From Alphaproteobacteria bacterium (GTDB lineage Bacteria > Pseudomonadota > Alphaproteobacteria > UBA828): a stretch of DNA of 64,000 bases. Position 1 is the stretch's first letter. Each line of letters opens with the position of its first letter. Below, one piece after another: positions 61,632 through 64,000 of the stretch. Both the position numbers and the translations under genes were made by a program. The notes under the pieces were generated by a model. It had not been told where the DNA came from and made no database searches. It saw nothing but the letters and a program-made list of their open reading frames with translations. Location: assembly GCA_965220745.1 (NCBI GenBank), contig CBDCQT010000010.1, positions 640,001-704,000 on the forward strand. The letters are read 5' to 3'.

Positions 61632-61749
61632 TCCGCCCCATCGCCGGGCCTCGTGCCCGGCAGGCTGCTGGCCCCCCCTATGACTTCAGTGATAGTTTTG
61701 CCCGCGACCGGCGCATAAGCGCCGGCAGTCAGAATGGGGAGGAGACACA

Positions 61750-63189
61750 ATGGGCCGTAAGAACGAGTCTGGTCGCGAGGGCGAGCCGGGCAAGGGCACC
61801 CCCGGCGGGGTGAATCGCCGTCAAGTCATCAAGGGCGCAGGTGCCGCCGGCGTCACTGCCGCAGCGCTTCCCGGCCTGGTGGGCGCTCGGCAAGCGTTCG
61901 CCGCCGACTACGACCCGATGAAATACGCCGGGACCGAGATCAACATCCTCATGACCGGCGACGAGAACGATCACCGGGCGCTCGACGATCTGCTGCCCGA
62001 GATGAAGGCGGAAACCGGAATAGACCTGGTGGTCTCGGCACCGGCCCTCGGCCCGTTGATCGAGAAGACGCTGCAGAACCTCAAGGCCGAGCAGTCGTCG
62101 TTCGAGCTGATCGAGTATCTGGGCTTCCTGACCACACAACAGGTCGGCGGCGGCTACTTCATGCAGCTCAACGAGTTCATCGACGACCCAGCCGAGACGC
62201 CGCCCGATTGGGACTTCGACGACTTCATTCCGGCTGCCATGAGAAATGTCGGCTACTACGACATGGCGACGGGGACGGTCGGCAAGGGCACGGACGTTTA
62301 CGGCGTTCCGGGCCTCCATTCCGGCTCGGTCATCTACTTCTACCGCAAGGACCTGTTCGAGGAGGCCGGACTCCAGCCGGCGAGCACCTGGGACGAGTTC
62401 ATGGCGGCCGCCCAGGCATTGCACAGCGATGACGTGGCCGGATGCAGCTTCATCGGCGCGAACGATTTCTCGCTGGCCACGGTGGACTGGTACACGCGCT
62501 TCATCACCACCGGGGGCAGCCTGATGAGCGGCGACCCCAACGAGAAGAACTTCACGCCGCAGATCAACTCGGCCGAGGGCATCAACGCGCTGCAGATGCT
62601 TATCGACTACCTGCCCTACGCGCCGAAGAACGTCACGCAATACGGCTTCGCCGAGAACGTGGACGGATTCTCCACCGGCAGGATCGCGCAGATGATCTTC
62701 TGGTCGACCATTGCCGGGCCGGTGCTCAACGAGGAGAACTCGCTGGTCGCTGACGTGACGGGGACCGCGCCCGTGCCGGCGGGGCCGGGGCGTATGCCGA
62801 GTGCAATCCAGGGCGGATGGGGAGTTGGCATTCCTGCGAATATCGATCCCGCCAAGAGGGGCGCCGCCTGGCGGGCCCTGACTTGGGTCACCAACAAGCG
62901 GATCAACCGCTACTCGATCGAGGCCTACAACATCGACGCCAACCGGACCTCGGCTTTCAAGGATCCGGAGCTGCTCGAGAGGTTCCCCTATCTGGAGCAC
63001 GCGCTGTCCGCCATCGAGAACGCGGTGACCATCCCGACCTCGCGCATTCCGGAATTCTTCCAGATGAACGCCATGATGAACGTCGAGTTCAACGCGGCGC
63101 TCATCGGCGCGCAGGACGCGAAGACCGCGTGCGACAACGTGCAGGCCCAGTGGGAGGATGTTCTGCGCAAGGCGGGTCACCTCGCGTAG
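61750..63189 (+). CDS. Carbohydrate ABC transporter substrate-binding protein with Tat signal
   Basis: NRRQVIKG twin-arginine motif, YRKDLFEEAGL..P..TWDE, GGWGVGI. Confidence 0.88.
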   Translation: MGRKNESGREGEPGKGTPGGVNRRQVIKGAGAAGVTAAALPGLVGARQAFAADYDPMKYAGTEINILMTGDENDHRALDDLLPEMKAETGIDLVVSAPALGPLIEKTLQNLKAEQSSFELIEYLGFLTTQQVGGGYFMQLNEFIDDPAETPPDWDFDDFIPAAMRNVGYYDMATGTVGKGTDVYGVPGLHSGSVIYFYRKDLFEEAGLQPASTWDEFMAAAQALHSDDVAGCSFIGANDFSLATVDWYTRFITTGGSLMSGDPNEKNFTPQINSAEGINALQMLIDYLPYAPKNVTQYGFAENVDGFSTGRIAQMIFWSTIAGPVLNEENSLVADVTGTAPVPAGPGRMPSAIQGGWGVGIPANIDPAKRGAAWRALTWVTNKRINRYSIEAYNIDANRTSAFKDPELLERFPYLEHALSAIENAVTIPTSRIPEFFQMNAMMNVEFNAALIGAQDAKTACDNVQAQWEDVLRKAGHLA

Positions 63190-63229
63190 GCACAAGAGGG
63201 CCCGACAAGACGAGTAACCCGATCGCGGG

Positions 63230-64000
63230 ATGACCCCCGCCAGTCGCGAACGGCTCGGCACCAAGCTGGGGAAGCTGGATCGGCCGGGGACAGTCGTATG
63301 GCTGCTCCTCGCGCCGACCCTGCTCTATCTCGCGGCGTTCGCGATCTTTCCACTCTTCTACAGCCTTCGGCTCTCGTTCACGGACCTGACCGCGGCAGCG
63401 GGCACCGGAGACTGGGTCGGTCTCAGGAATTACGGCGACCTGCTGCGCGACCCGCACTTCTGGAACGCGACCAAGAACAGCGCGGTCATGGTGAGCGCCT
63501 CGCTGGCAATTCAGGTGGTCCTCGGGGTCGCGCTCGCGATGTTCTTCAATCTGCAGCTCAGGGGCGCGTGGCTCGTCCGTGGCATCCTGGTGCTGCCCAT
63601 GCTGATCACGCCCATCGTCGTTGGCGTGATGTGGCGGGCCCTGCTGAATCCGGATTGGGGGCTCGTCAACTGGTGCATCGAGGCGGTCGGCCTGGAGCCG
63701 CCGAACTGGTTCGGCTCGATCGAGATGGCGATGCCAACGCTCATCCTTGTCGAATCGTGGCAGTGGACGCCGTTTGTCTTCATCATCGTCTATGCCCGTC
63801 TGCAGGCGCTGCCGCAGGAGGTGTTCGAGGCCGCCATCGTCGACGGCGCGAAGCCGCTCGCCACGTTCCGCTTCGTCACCTTGCCGCTCCTGATGCCGGC
63901 GATCATCTTCGCCGCGGTCTTCCGTGCGGTCGATTCGTTCCGCTCCTTCGACCTCATCTTCGGGTTGAGCTACGGCGGGCCGGCACGGAGCACGACGACG
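63230..64000 (+). CDS. Carbohydrate ABC transporter permease, runs off the window end
   Basis: Own translation: MTPASRE...LLLAPTLLYLAAFAIFPLFYS...WVGLRNY...WQWTPFVF...LQALPQEVFEAAIVDGA (EAA motif). Confidence 0.88.
   Translation, partial: MTPASRERLGTKLGKLDRPGTVVWLLLAPTLLYLAAFAIFPLFYSLRLSFTDLTAAAGTGDWVGLRNYGDLLRDPHFWNATKNSAVMVSASLAIQVVLGVALAMFFNLQLRGAWLVRGILVLPMLITPIVVGVMWRALLNPDWGLVNWCIEAVGLEPPNWFGSIEMAMPTLILVESWQWTPFVFIIVYARLQALPQEVFEAAIVDGAKPLATFRFVTLPLLMPAIIFAAVFRAVDSFRSFDLIFGLSYGGPARSTTT

Overview
High-GC bacterial chromosomal segment, most likely from an Alphaproteobacterium (Rhodospirillales-like). This is inferred from the coaBC-dut-cysK-moeB block, the CIRCE-groESL operon and the alphaproteobacterial-type intergenic repeats. 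About 60 CDS are present, mainly transport and catabolic genes (Liv-type and sugar ABC systems, many SDRs, amidase/amidohydrolases, a GcvT-family dehydrogenase, an oxalyl-CoA synthetase/reductase-like pair), plus core genes (hemF, coaBC, dut, cysK, moeB, acs, groES/groEL). Small lower-GC accessory islands carry a type II restriction-modification pair next to an orphan MTase, a Fic protein, a HicB/HicA-like pair and an ERG4/ERG24 sterol-reductase-family gene. The most unusual signal is a dispersed element present three times (about 9.8 kb, 39.4 kb and, inverted, 55.0-55.5 kb). Each copy has a conserved CCGGACnATrGTGCGGTGCA motif exactly 31 nt before an ATG, a small intact or decayed ORF, and an array of 10-bp repeats. 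No rRNA, tRNA, CRISPR array, transposase or integrase was recognised. All assignments are by-eye motif recognition; no database searches were run.
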